A stretch of 64,000 nucleotides of DNA from an uncultured Chitinophaga sp. (GTDB lineage Bacteria; Bacteroidota; Bacteroidia; UKL13-3): assembly GCA_964355075.1 (NCBI GenBank), contig CAYHCF010000004.1, positions 952 through 64,951 on the forward strand, written 5' to 3'. Positions within the stretch are counted from its first letter, which is position 1; every line of letters begins with the position of its first letter. Shown here piece after piece: positions 17,368 through 26,711 of this stretch. The position numbers were made by a program, and so were the translations under genes. The notes beneath the pieces are model-generated. The model was given only the letters and a program-made list of their open reading frames with translations. It was not told the origin of the DNA and made no database searches.

Positions 17368-18984
17368 ATGTTACTTTCTTTATTCTTACTATTTTACGCG
17401 TTTATCCTCAGCCATCTGATTGGGGTTAATGGCTGCGCTATTCTGAATAAATGGTTAGACATTAAACCCTATCATAAACCCCAAACGGGATTAAGTAACC
17501 TTATCGGACTGGCTATAATGAGTCCGTTTATTGCGGTTTACCATTTCTTTTTTAAAATTGATTTTATCCTGCACTTATTTTTTATTGCCTGGGCTTTTGG
17601 TAATATAACCTATTTAAAAAATGAGCTGAAACTGCTTTGGGATGAAGTGGTTCAGGCTAAATATCATTACCTCATTTTGGTGTTGGCGAGTCTGCTGTCT
17701 ATTGCCGTACGCCCGGGTACAGGAGATATTGCCGATTACCATTTGCAGGCAATAAAATGGGCAGAGAATTATCAAAATATTATTGGCCTGGGAAGTTTTA
17801 ACCGCCCCTTAGCTAATAATAACTGGTGGTTTAATATGCAGGCCTTTTTGGGATTTAGCTGGCTGGGCGTACAATCTGTTTATGTGGGCAATGCCTTATT
17901 ATTTATTTGTGCAATACTTATTTTTACTTATGGCAAACCGGTTAACCGGGCGCATACGCTTATTCGTTTTGTTTTTGCTGCATTCACTTTTCTGACGATC
18001 AAAACTGCTTTTATCGGCAGTGTTACCCCCGATATTGTTGTTACCCTTTTTGTTTTTATCATCATCGACTTTTATTTTCGGATATTAGAAAATCCGGAGG
18101 AACAAAAAGCCATTTTATTGATAATGATGCTCCTGATTAGCTGGATTCTAACTGTTAAAGCCACTTCAATACTCTTATTTGTAATTCCTTTGCCTATTAT
18201 CGTTCAGGTCTATTTTAATAAGGAAAATTGGAAAGGTCTTTTTGGGCTGCTTGCTTTGGTTTCGGCTTTTATTATTCCGTGGGTGATGGGTAATGTGATT
18301 GCCTGCGGTTATCTGTTATATCCATTTAACCAAATTGATTTGTTTAACGTGGATTGGAAAGTGCCGGCACATTTTTTCGAATTTGATAAAATGGTAATAA
18401 GCAACTGGGGGAAAATTCCGGAGCAGGATATTTACCTGACTCAAACCTATTCCATTTCACAATGGCTCCCCGTTTGGTTCAGTAAATTAGATTTGTTTAA
18501 TAAATCTTTGGTAATTATTTATTTAATAAGCGTTCCGGTTTTGCTTTTCAGATGCATCAAACAAAGGGAATATCTATGGCCTTTTTTGTTTTTACAACTG
18601 GGGTTTGTTACGATATTCCTGAATGGGCCGCATCTTAGATTTTTGTTTCCCTATATGGTTTCAACATTTGCCCTGTTAATAGGATCAATGGAACGTTTTA
18701 TTAAATTTAAATTGCCTCTTATTGCCTTATGGTCATTGGCTGTTATACTTTGTTTGTTATTGATTTTTAAACTCTATAACAGAAGTGAATTACTTAGCTC
18801 AATTCTTAAACCAAAGCCCTATCCAACGGTGATCCTTGAAGAAAAAAACATCAATAATTTCCCTGTCTATATCACTAAAAATAATAACAGTTGCTGGGAT
18901 CGCTTCCCCTGTTCCTACTATTTTATTGATTCGGTAGCGTTACGCGGACCTGACATTACCAGTGGGTTCAGGATAAAACCTTAA
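17368..18984 (+). CDS. Polytopic membrane protein (O-antigen-polymerase / GT-C-like, family uncertain)
   Basis: 538 aa with more than 10 predicted TM helices. Loop motif 'GDIADYHLQAIKWAENY'. No soluble catalytic domain. Confidence 0.55.
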   Translation: MLLSLFLLFYAFILSHLIGVNGCAILNKWLDIKPYHKPQTGLSNLIGLAIMSPFIAVYHFFFKIDFILHLFFIAWAFGNITYLKNELKLLWDEVVQAKYHYLILVLASLLSIAVRPGTGDIADYHLQAIKWAENYQNIIGLGSFNRPLANNNWWFNMQAFLGFSWLGVQSVYVGNALLFICAILIFTYGKPVNRAHTLIRFVFAAFTFLTIKTAFIGSVTPDIVVTLFVFIIIDFYFRILENPEEQKAILLIMMLLISWILTVKATSILLFVIPLPIIVQVYFNKENWKGLFGLLALVSAFIIPWVMGNVIACGYLLYPFNQIDLFNVDWKVPAHFFEFDKMVISNWGKIPEQDIYLTQTYSISQWLPVWFSKLDLFNKSLVIIYLISVPVLLFRCIKQREYLWPFLFLQLGFVTIFLNGPHLRFLFPYMVSTFALLIGSMERFIKFKLPLIALWSLAVILCLLLIFKLYNRSELLSSILKPKPYPTVILEEKNINNFPVYITKNNNSCWDRFPCSYYFIDSVALRGPDITSGFRIKP

Positions 18985-19081
18985 TTATTAAAAAAAGCTG
19001 TGGTAATGAATCGGGCAGCAGGTTATGAATTATATAATGGAATTATGATATCAGATATCTCCAAATTCCTATCTTCGCTAG

Positions 19082-20428
19082 GTGAAGATACCCTTGGTTT
19101 CGGCAAAGATATTTTGGGCGGTGGCATTGAGCCTGCACGCTTTGTGCTTTGTGCAGGCCTTGCATACCGGTAGTATTTACCTGGTTGATTCCATTGATTA
19201 TTTGTCGCAGGCACTGAATATTTCTGAACATGGGAGCATGTATGCTGCTCCCTGGAATGGTCCTTTCCGGTTTGATTATTTTACTTTCCGGCCTCCTGTT
19301 TATGGCCTTTTCATTTTAATTTGTAAATGGATATACCCAAGTGATTATTGCATTTTATTTTTTCAATCATTCATAAGCCTTAGTACCCTGTATGGTGTGA
19401 TTAAGTTTGCTCAAAATCTCGACCTTAACCTTGGCCGTGTTCGATTCTTTTTGATTTTGGTTTTGATTTTTTATCCATCACAATTGCTTCATTGCAATTT
19501 TATCATGAGTGATATTTTGTTTCAGAGCCTGTTGTTTCTGGCCTTTTATTTTAGTCATCAGTTATGGGTTCAGCCTGCTTACAGATATTCGTTTTTGAGC
19601 GCATTATTTTTTGTACTTGCCATGCTTACTAAACCGGTAGCTTTCTTATTGGGGTTTGTTGTATTTATTGTTCTGGCCATAACGTTTTATAAAAAATTCA
19701 CATATAAAATACTGCTGCCCTTTTTGCTTTTACCTTTAACCTATCATACCTATTGCTCCTATAATAAACAGATCACCGGCTATTACCATTACTCTTCGGT
19801 AACTCCCGTATTTGTTCTGAAGTATATGGCCAAATATACCAATGCCCAGCTTTATGGTGAGCATTATGCTGACTCGGTGCAGGAAGGCATTATGCAAAAA
19901 GTAAATGCACAACAACAATTTTCCGACAGGTACCAGTTAATGAATCAATCAGGAGTGGAAATAATTAAGCAACACAAACTTTTTTTCGCCTGGTTCAATA
20001 TCAAAGGCTGGTTTTCTTTTATGCTGGATCCCGGACGATTTGAATGGGCTCATTTTTTAAATGCCGATGAAGGAAATTATTTAGGATTATACCATGTAAT
20101 CCATACACAGGGCTTGGTAAAAGGTTTGTTTGCCTTTATAAAAACAGCACCCGTTTCCCTCCTACTTATTTTATTGTTAACCTTTTTGTGGAATTTGTTA
20201 ACAGCTGTTTTCCTGGTATTATTTTTTGTAAATAAGAAAGTTCCGTGGCCCATAAAATGCCTGATATTACTGTTTGTGGGAACAATTATCGGATCAACCG
20301 GTGTACTGGGATTATCGCGTTACAGAGTGGCCATTGCACCCTTGCTATGGATTGCGATAATGTATGTTTTTAAAATTTGGATAGCGGCAAAAAAATCTCA
20401 AAACAACACAAGTGAAACTATTCATTGA
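19082..20428 (+). CDS. Polytopic membrane glycosyltransferase-like protein (GT-C fold, ArnT/PMT-like)
   Basis: 448 aa, GTG start. First loop 'YLVDSIDYLSQALNISEHG' resembles the acidic first periplasmic loop of GT-C enzymes. About 11 TM helices. Confidence 0.55.
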   Translation: MKIPLVSAKIFWAVALSLHALCFVQALHTGSIYLVDSIDYLSQALNISEHGSMYAAPWNGPFRFDYFTFRPPVYGLFILICKWIYPSDYCILFFQSFISLSTLYGVIKFAQNLDLNLGRVRFFLILVLIFYPSQLLHCNFIMSDILFQSLLFLAFYFSHQLWVQPAYRYSFLSALFFVLAMLTKPVAFLLGFVVFIVLAITFYKKFTYKILLPFLLLPLTYHTYCSYNKQITGYYHYSSVTPVFVLKYMAKYTNAQLYGEHYADSVQEGIMQKVNAQQQFSDRYQLMNQSGVEIIKQHKLFFAWFNIKGWFSFMLDPGRFEWAHFLNADEGNYLGLYHVIHTQGLVKGLFAFIKTAPVSLLLILLLTFLWNLLTAVFLVLFFVNKKVPWPIKCLILLFVGTIIGSTGVLGLSRYRVAIAPLLWIAIMYVFKIWIAAKKSQNNTSETIH

Positions 20429-21290
20429 AAATCCTTATGCTCCGGTTGAGGAATTGAAATTACCCCTTTTTGATCAGAAGGGAATACAGGTATTTCTGAA
20501 ACGTGAAGATTTATCACATCCCTTTATATCCGGTAATAAATGGCGTAAACTTAAATACCATTTGATTGACGCTACTGAAAATAATAAAAACCATTTGGTA
20601 ACATTTGGAGGAGCTTATAGCAACCATTTATTGGCAGCAGCATCGGCGGGTGCATGCTACCATTTTAAAACTTCCGGTATCGTTCGGGGGGAAAAAGTTG
20701 AGAATCCGGTTTTAAAGTTATGTGAATGGTTTGGTATGAACCTGATTTTTGTGAGCAGAACGGATTACAAAAATAAAGCATTGCTCTGCGAAAAATATTT
20801 TGGCTCAAATCCCGATACCTATTTTATTAGTGAAGGAGGGGCATCTGACTTGGGTGAACAGGGTGTAAGAGAAATTTTAAATGACTTGAACCAATCTTAT
20901 GATGCACTCTTTTGTTCGGTTGGAACCGGATGCACTTTTAAAGGCCTGGTTCAGGGTGTGGTGGAAAGAAATTTGAAAACCGTTGTGTATGGCATTTCGG
21001 TTTTAAAAGGTGCCGAAAGTTTAAATGATTTGATTGAACCGGTGAATGGTAATAAGGCCCGTCTATTTCATCAGTTTCATGAAGGCGGTTATGCCAAAAC
21101 TACACCCGAGTTATTTAAGTTTATCCGACAATTTTCGGCTCAAACAGGAATATTATTGGATCAGGTATATGAAGGTAAAATGATGAATGGTCTTGTTAAG
21201 CTCATTGAAAGTAATGCATTTGAACCAGGCTCAAAAATTCTGGCCTTACACAATGGAGGATTGAGCGGTATGTTGAGTCTGATGTTATAA
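20412..21290 (+). CDS. PLP-dependent 1-aminocyclopropane-1-carboxylate deaminase / D-cysteine desulfhydrase family protein
   Basis: 292 aa. 'KREDLSHPFISGNKWRKL' (PLP lysine context) and 'TFGGAYSNH'. The GTG start overlaps the upstream gene by 17 nt. Confidence 0.85.
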   Translation: MKLFIENPYAPVEELKLPLFDQKGIQVFLKREDLSHPFISGNKWRKLKYHLIDATENNKNHLVTFGGAYSNHLLAAASAGACYHFKTSGIVRGEKVENPVLKLCEWFGMNLIFVSRTDYKNKALLCEKYFGSNPDTYFISEGGASDLGEQGVREILNDLNQSYDALFCSVGTGCTFKGLVQGVVERNLKTVVYGISVLKGAESLNDLIEPVNGNKARLFHQFHEGGYAKTTPELFKFIRQFSAQTGILLDQVYEGKMMNGLVKLIESNAFEPGSKILALHNGGLSGMLSLML

Positions 21291-21325
21291 GAAAGGTTGC
21301 AAATTCAATGAATTTGCAACCTTTC
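21291..21325. terminator. Bidirectional intrinsic terminator hairpin
   Basis: GAAAGGTTGCAAATTCA / TGAATTTGCAACCTTTC is a near-perfect 17-nt inverted repeat between convergent genes. It begins 1 nt after the TAA at 21288-21290. Confidence 0.8.
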
Positions 21326-21344
21326 TTATTATGGAAATCAAAAA

Positions 21345-23345
21345 TTAATTATACAAATTTTTTAAAGCTTCTTCATTCACTCTTACCGGATATTTGTTTC
21401 TTAATTCTACTACCCATTCCAACATTAAATATTCCTGATAATCGCTTGTTACGAGTCCTTTGGCTTCTTTTAGTGTTTTAGCTTCAGGTGGAATAATTCC
21501 TTTTACATAATTGAACTTGTAGGCATCAGCTTCAGTAATATCAACCACACCTTTCGCTGTCCATAATTTAGCGGCAGCAGCATCTGATTGTTCCGACCTG
21601 GTTTCCTTTGCCGATAAACTACCCATCATTTTTTTGTTAATTTTTTTGAACACTTCGTCTTGGGTTTTACCCGAGTTGAATAACTTAACCGCAGTTTCTT
21701 TTGTTTTGGCATCCTTGCAGAAATAGGTGTCATAAACTACCCGCTCTTTCCACATGTATTTGGCTTTGTTGGGCTCATAAAATTTTTCTAATCCCAGCGT
21801 ATCACTCAATGCTTTACTCCAAACTTTTCTATCCGTTAAATCAAATAACAAAATTCCATCGTGGTATTCCTGCATGATATTTCTAAAGTCAGATGATTTT
21901 ATCTCTAAAATACTTTCTTCATAGGCTAAACATTTATCATTTGCCCAATCGTTAAACTGAGTTTTTGCAATCATACCGGCGTTTTCCTTTTCATGCGCTG
22001 CCTGGTTGGCCACTAAAAATGAGGCGAAATCTTTTTGCCCATATGTTTTGGTGCCGACTGTAAACAAAGGTTTGTTCGTCATTTTAGTGCTATCGTATTT
22101 CCAGGAACCTTTTAGGAAACTACTGTCTAATTTACCAATAAATTCATTCAGATTAGCCGGATATTCCTTGTAATTGTTTTCCTTTTTCACGCGGATAATA
22201 ACTGCAGCCTTTGAACTCTCGGCTCTTAAATCCCTACTCACTTTACTTTTAATTACATCCAGGTTATCCTTGTATTCTCCTAAAGGTCTGAAATCAACAA
22301 ATTTTGCAATATGCCAGCCATAATCTGTTGAAAATGGTTTTGAAGTCTCATCCTTTTTCAGGGCAAAACAGACATCTTTAAAATCATCCGGATAGCCGCT
22401 AAGACTTGCAATCCAGTTCATGGTACCCTTATTTCCCTTGCTTCCATCATCTTGTGAATACTTCTCTACAACACTTTCAAAAGGTACTCCTTTTTGTAAT
22501 TCGGCGAAGGCAGAATCAATTTTTTCTTTCGCATTTGCCAATGTTTCTTTACTGGAACCATAACCCGTTCTTAACATAATATGTTGAACCTTAACTTCTC
22601 CACGTGCAGGACGTGTTTCATTAACTTTCATGATGTGGTAACCAAACTGAGTGCGAAAAGGTTGACTGATATCTCCTTTTATTGTTTTGTATGCGGTATT
22701 TTCGAAAGGATAAACCATTTGAAAAACGGTAAACCATCCTAATTTCCCAAAATTTCTTTTAGCCGAAGGATCTTCAGAATAACGTGCAGCCATAGAGTCC
22801 ATCAATTCTCCTTTCAAAATCCTTTTGCGTAAATCGGTAATTTTATTATAAGCAGCTAAAGTATCGGCGGGCGAAGCGTTTTGAGCCACATTAATCAGGA
22901 TATGGGAAGCATTCACTTCCGTTTTCATTCTTTCATAAGCTTCCTGCATTAAACCTTCACTTACTTTTTTATCCGTGAGGTAAGGAGCAGCCAATTGTTT
23001 GCGATACCCGGCTAATTCGGAGATAAAGCTAGGATTTGTATCCAATTGCATAGACATCGCCTCTTTCACCTTCAACTTAAAATTCAAATATAAATTCAGG
23101 TAATCAGTTAATTCTTCCTTCGTCGGATTCGCTTTTTCTTTACGATTTTTATTCAACTGACGGATAAACTCTTCTTTAAAAACCGTATCGGAAGCAATTG
23201 AAAAAATATAAGGAGCCGGTTTTGTGGGTTCAGCATTTGCCTGCGGTTTTGTTGCAACTTTTTTTACAGGTTTTTGGGCATAAACGCCAAAGAAACTGAG
23301 ACAACCTAAAAATCCAAGTAATACAAGGGTTTTCTTCATAATCAT
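21345..23345 (-). CDS. Periplasmic peptidyl-prolyl isomerase (SurA/PpiD-like, parvulin domains)
   Basis: Signal peptide MIMKKTLVLLGFLGCLSFFGVYAQ. Parvulin blocks 'ASHILI' and 'GKLGWFT..FGYHIMKV', then a second block 'VQHIML..MNWI..YGWHIAKF'. Start chosen at an internal ATG (23345). Confidence 0.85.
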   Translation of the reverse strand: MIMKKTLVLLGFLGCLSFFGVYAQKPVKKVATKPQANAEPTKPAPYIFSIASDTVFKEEFIRQLNKNRKEKANPTKEELTDYLNLYLNFKLKVKEAMSMQLDTNPSFISELAGYRKQLAAPYLTDKKVSEGLMQEAYERMKTEVNASHILINVAQNASPADTLAAYNKITDLRKRILKGELMDSMAARYSEDPSAKRNFGKLGWFTVFQMVYPFENTAYKTIKGDISQPFRTQFGYHIMKVNETRPARGEVKVQHIMLRTGYGSSKETLANAKEKIDSAFAELQKGVPFESVVEKYSQDDGSKGNKGTMNWIASLSGYPDDFKDVCFALKKDETSKPFSTDYGWHIAKFVDFRPLGEYKDNLDVIKSKVSRDLRAESSKAAVIIRVKKENNYKEYPANLNEFIGKLDSSFLKGSWKYDSTKMTNKPLFTVGTKTYGQKDFASFLVANQAAHEKENAGMIAKTQFNDWANDKCLAYEESILEIKSSDFRNIMQEYHDGILLFDLTDRKVWSKALSDTLGLEKFYEPNKAKYMWKERVVYDTYFCKDAKTKETAVKLFNSGKTQDEVFKKINKKMMGSLSAKETRSEQSDAAAAKLWTAKGVVDITEADAYKFNYVKGIIPPEAKTLKEAKGLVTSDYQEYLMLEWVVELRNKYPVRVNEEALKNLYN

Positions 23346-23436
23346 ATTTTTTTTAAAGTGTTGCAAAAATAGGAAAAGGAATAATTCATACAAGTATTCT
23401 TATTGGATACTTGAAAAATTATTTTTATTGAAATTT

Positions 23437-24189
23437 TTAACAATTGTGCAGTGTATATATAATTGGTTTTGATGGACTTGCGTCGGTTTCAAGACTTGCA
23501 ATCTGAAGGTTCAAAAGATAAATACCATCCGGTACCGAATCCGGAACATATATCATTTCGCTGATGGTAGCATCTAAACGTGGATTTTCCGGATAGGTCC
23601 AGAAGGCTTTGTGAGCCAACAACTGTCCGTTGTCATTTTCTTTATCAACCGAAGGTAAATCTACCAATAAGTGTTGAATGCCTTCATGAACCAGATGCAT
23701 GCATAAGGCAGGTTCTAAATAACAGGGATTCTGACCCGAATATTGTTGGTTCAGCTTAAATGTCGCATTTGGTAAAGTCCTTATTAATAAGGCAGTTATG
23801 TGACTATTGACTATATTTGGCAGATTTTTTAATTCCAGAATTGAATCCCCATTTGCCTGAATCTGAGGAGTTATGGAAACGAGCTGAGCCATGAAAAAAA
23901 ATTGCGACAAACACTTATTGATGGTAATTTTTTCGCTGGTAATATGGCCGATACACTCTGTATGGGTTCCATTTCCATGCGGATTGATCAGTAAGTTTTC
24001 ACAATTTACGCCTCCCCCCTCTTTTACTGAACCTGTATAATCTCCCAACCTGATTGGCTCAAATAGCGGAGGCGGTATTTGAAAAGCATTAGGATTTTGG
24101 CTTCCACTCTGCATTGGAATTGAAAGATCGATTCCTCGCTTTAAATCAAATTGGTATTTGGCCTCACCTATTTCAAGAATTGCTTTCAT
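23437..24189 (-). CDS. Cyclase-family protein (kynurenine formamidase-like)
   Basis: 250 aa. 'HGNGTHTECIGH' resembles the HxGTHxDxPxH metal motif, with substitutions. Confidence 0.6.
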   Translation of the reverse strand: MKAILEIGEAKYQFDLKRGIDLSIPMQSGSQNPNAFQIPPPLFEPIRLGDYTGSVKEGGGVNCENLLINPHGNGTHTECIGHITSEKITINKCLSQFFFMAQLVSITPQIQANGDSILELKNLPNIVNSHITALLIRTLPNATFKLNQQYSGQNPCYLEPALCMHLVHEGIQHLLVDLPSVDKENDNGQLLAHKAFWTYPENPRLDATISEMIYVPDSVPDGIYLLNLQIASLETDASPSKPIIYTLHNC

Positions 24190-24363
24190 TTTTTTTATTT
24201 CAGCAAATATAGCTTGAGAATTACTTTTCCCTTATCAAAAATGCGACATTAATCTAAAGGAAGCTTAAGCGTTTTTTTTGAGGGTACTTAACCTACTTTT
24301 ACATAGTATTATTTTTTATGAAATAAATTACATTAATTGAGTTAATTTTCGAAAATTTATTGT

Positions 24364-25518
24364 ATGCGGGCATACGAAAAAAAACGTTGGTGGAAAATTT
24401 TTATTCTGGTGGCAGCCATATTCATAGGTTCGGTGTCTCTTTTGTATACACGATACCTGGTGAAATCGCTTGCCATCCAGGAAGACAAAAAGATAATATT
24501 ATGGGCTAATGCCACCCGGCAATTAATAAAAGCTGAAGGGGATATCAATTTTCTATTGGATATTATTAAGGACAATGAAACCATTCCTACCATTTTGGTC
24601 GACCATAATGGAAAGGTAGTTACTACCCGAAATATGGATTCATCAAAATTAAATGATGAAAAATACCTGGCTCAGCAAATAGAATTAATGAAAAAGGAGC
24701 ATGAGCCGATCAAAATTTTATATGATGAAACCAACCAGCGATATAATTATTTGTATTATAAGAACTCAACGGTTTTAGCTCAACTCAAAACTTATCCGTT
24801 TATCCAGTTAGGCCTCATTGCCTTCTTTGCCATTATGAGTTACCTGGCACTTAGCAGCAGCAGAAGAGCCGAGCAAAATCAGGTTTGGGTTGGGATGAGC
24901 AAAGAAACTGCGCATCAATTGGGCACCCCTATTTCATCCTTGCGAGAATGGCATAATCTGTTAAAGGAAGCTGAAAAAGAGCAACAGCTTGATATCCTGA
25001 AAGAAGTTGATTTTGATCTAAAAAGATTGGAATTGATTACAGAAAGATTTTCAAAAATAGGTTCAGAACCGGTATTAAAAGCTGAAAATCTGGATCTGGT
25101 CATTGAAACTTCTTTAGATTATTTAAGGAATCGGGTTTCGAGCAAGGTTAACTTTTCAGTAGAAATCAGAGAGCCTGGAAACTGGGCAATGATTAATATT
25201 CCTTTGTTTGACTGGGTTATTGAAAATATTTGCAAGAATGCCATCGATGCCATGAATGGAACAGGCAACCTTACCATAATATTAAACCATGACTCCGATC
25301 ATGTTTATTTAGATATTAAAGATACCGGCAAAGGGATTCCACGATCCAAATTTAAAACGGTTTTCAAACCGGGTTTTACCACCAAAAAACGCGGCTGGGG
25401 CCTCGGCTTGTCACTTGTTCGTCGTATCATTGTGCAATATCACAAAGGACAAATTTTTGTTCGTCATTCCGAAACCGGCAAGGGAACCACTTTTAGAATT
25501 GTGTTGAGGGCGGAATAA
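24364..25518 (+). CDS. Sensor histidine kinase (two TM helices), no adjacent response regulator
   Basis: 384 aa. H-box 'ETAHQLGTPISSL', N-box 'ENICKNAIDA', G1 'DIKDTGKGI', G2 'GWGLGLSL'. Confidence 0.85.
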   Translation: MRAYEKKRWWKIFILVAAIFIGSVSLLYTRYLVKSLAIQEDKKIILWANATRQLIKAEGDINFLLDIIKDNETIPTILVDHNGKVVTTRNMDSSKLNDEKYLAQQIELMKKEHEPIKILYDETNQRYNYLYYKNSTVLAQLKTYPFIQLGLIAFFAIMSYLALSSSRRAEQNQVWVGMSKETAHQLGTPISSLREWHNLLKEAEKEQQLDILKEVDFDLKRLELITERFSKIGSEPVLKAENLDLVIETSLDYLRNRVSSKVNFSVEIREPGNWAMINIPLFDWVIENICKNAIDAMNGTGNLTIILNHDSDHVYLDIKDTGKGIPRSKFKTVFKPGFTTKKRGWGLGLSLVRRIIVQYHKGQIFVRHSETGKGTTFRIVLRAE

Positions 25519-25562
25519 TTTTGCAGTACCTATAGTATTTCTCATCTTTGCCACCCAATAAT

Positions 25563-25976
25563 ATGCCAAGAATTTTAGCGATAGATTATGGAACCAAAAG
25601 GGTGGGTTTGGCCGTTACTGATCCCCTACAGCTTATTGCCAATACCCTGGCAACCGTAAAAGCGCATGAAATCATTTCCTACCTGAAAACTTATTTAGAG
25701 AAGGAAGAGGTTGACTGTTTTGTAGTTGGAAAGCCCCTGAAAATGGATGGGAGCGATTCTGAATCCGCTCAATTTGTAGAAAAATTTATATCTTTGCTGG
25801 CTAAGACTTTCCCAAACAAACCTATCAAAAGGATTGATGAGCGCTTCACATCGCGCATAGCCCAAAGAAGTTTGTTGGAAATGGGCTTAAAGAAAAAAGA
25901 CAGAAGAAATAAAGGAAATGTGGATCAGGTAAGTGCAGTTTTGATTCTTCAGGCTTATTTAGAAAATAAATTTTAA
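25563..25976 (+). CDS. ruvX: Holliday-junction resolvase-like nuclease RuvX (YqgF)
   Basis: 'MPRILAIDYGTKRVGLAVTD' N-terminus and 'DERFTS' motif. Start at ATG 25563. Confidence 0.9.
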   Translation: MPRILAIDYGTKRVGLAVTDPLQLIANTLATVKAHEIISYLKTYLEKEEVDCFVVGKPLKMDGSDSESAQFVEKFISLLAKTFPNKPIKRIDERFTSRIAQRSLLEMGLKKKDRRNKGNVDQVSAVLILQAYLENKF

Positions 25977-26025
25977 AACTTAAAACGCCCTGATAAAACG
26001 AAACGATAGGGGCACTCTGAAAAAA

Positions 26026-26580
26026 ATGATATTACCAATTGTAGCCTATGGCGATGCCGTTTTACGTAAAGTGGGTGTAATGGTTGATCCCAACTATAAA
26101 GATCTGCCTAAATTGATTCAGAATATGTGGGAAACCATGTATAACGCTCATGGTATTGGACTTGCAGCACCTCAGGTAGCTAAATCCCTTAAATTGTTCA
26201 TCGTTGATACAGCAGCCTTTGAGGATGAAGAAATTCCGCCCATAAAAAAGGTATTTATTAATGCCGAAATTCTGGAAGAATGGGGTGAAGAGTGGGAATA
26301 TGAAGAGGGTTGTCTGAGTATTCCAAAGATAAGAGAAAATGTAAATCGCCTGCCTAATTTGAGATTAAAATACCAAAATGAAAACTTTGAAACCATCATT
26401 GAAGAATTTGATGGAATGACTGCAAGAGTGATTCAACATGAACACGACCACTGTAATGGGATATTGTTTGTAGACCATATCTCTGAACTCAAGAAACGTT
26501 TGCTCAAGAACAAATTGCTAAATGTTTCCAGGGGAGGTGTACAAATTGATTATAAAATGCGTTTCCCTGTAACCCGTTGA
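26026..26580 (+). CDS. def: Peptide deformylase
   Basis: The three Def motifs: 'HGIGLAAPQV', 'EGCLSIP', 'QHEHDH'. Confidence 0.95.
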   Translation: MILPIVAYGDAVLRKVGVMVDPNYKDLPKLIQNMWETMYNAHGIGLAAPQVAKSLKLFIVDTAAFEDEEIPPIKKVFINAEILEEWGEEWEYEEGCLSIPKIRENVNRLPNLRLKYQNENFETIIEEFDGMTARVIQHEHDHCNGILFVDHISELKKRLLKNKLLNVSRGGVQIDYKMRFPVTR

Positions 26581-26711
26581 TTATAAAATGTTTTATGGGA
26601 TTTTTATAAGTACTACTTGCTTAAAATGCAACATTTACCCGAGAAATTTTATGCAAAATCATAGGTGAGTTAGGTAATATTTGCCTTTATTCGCAGCGTA
26701 ATTATTTATTT

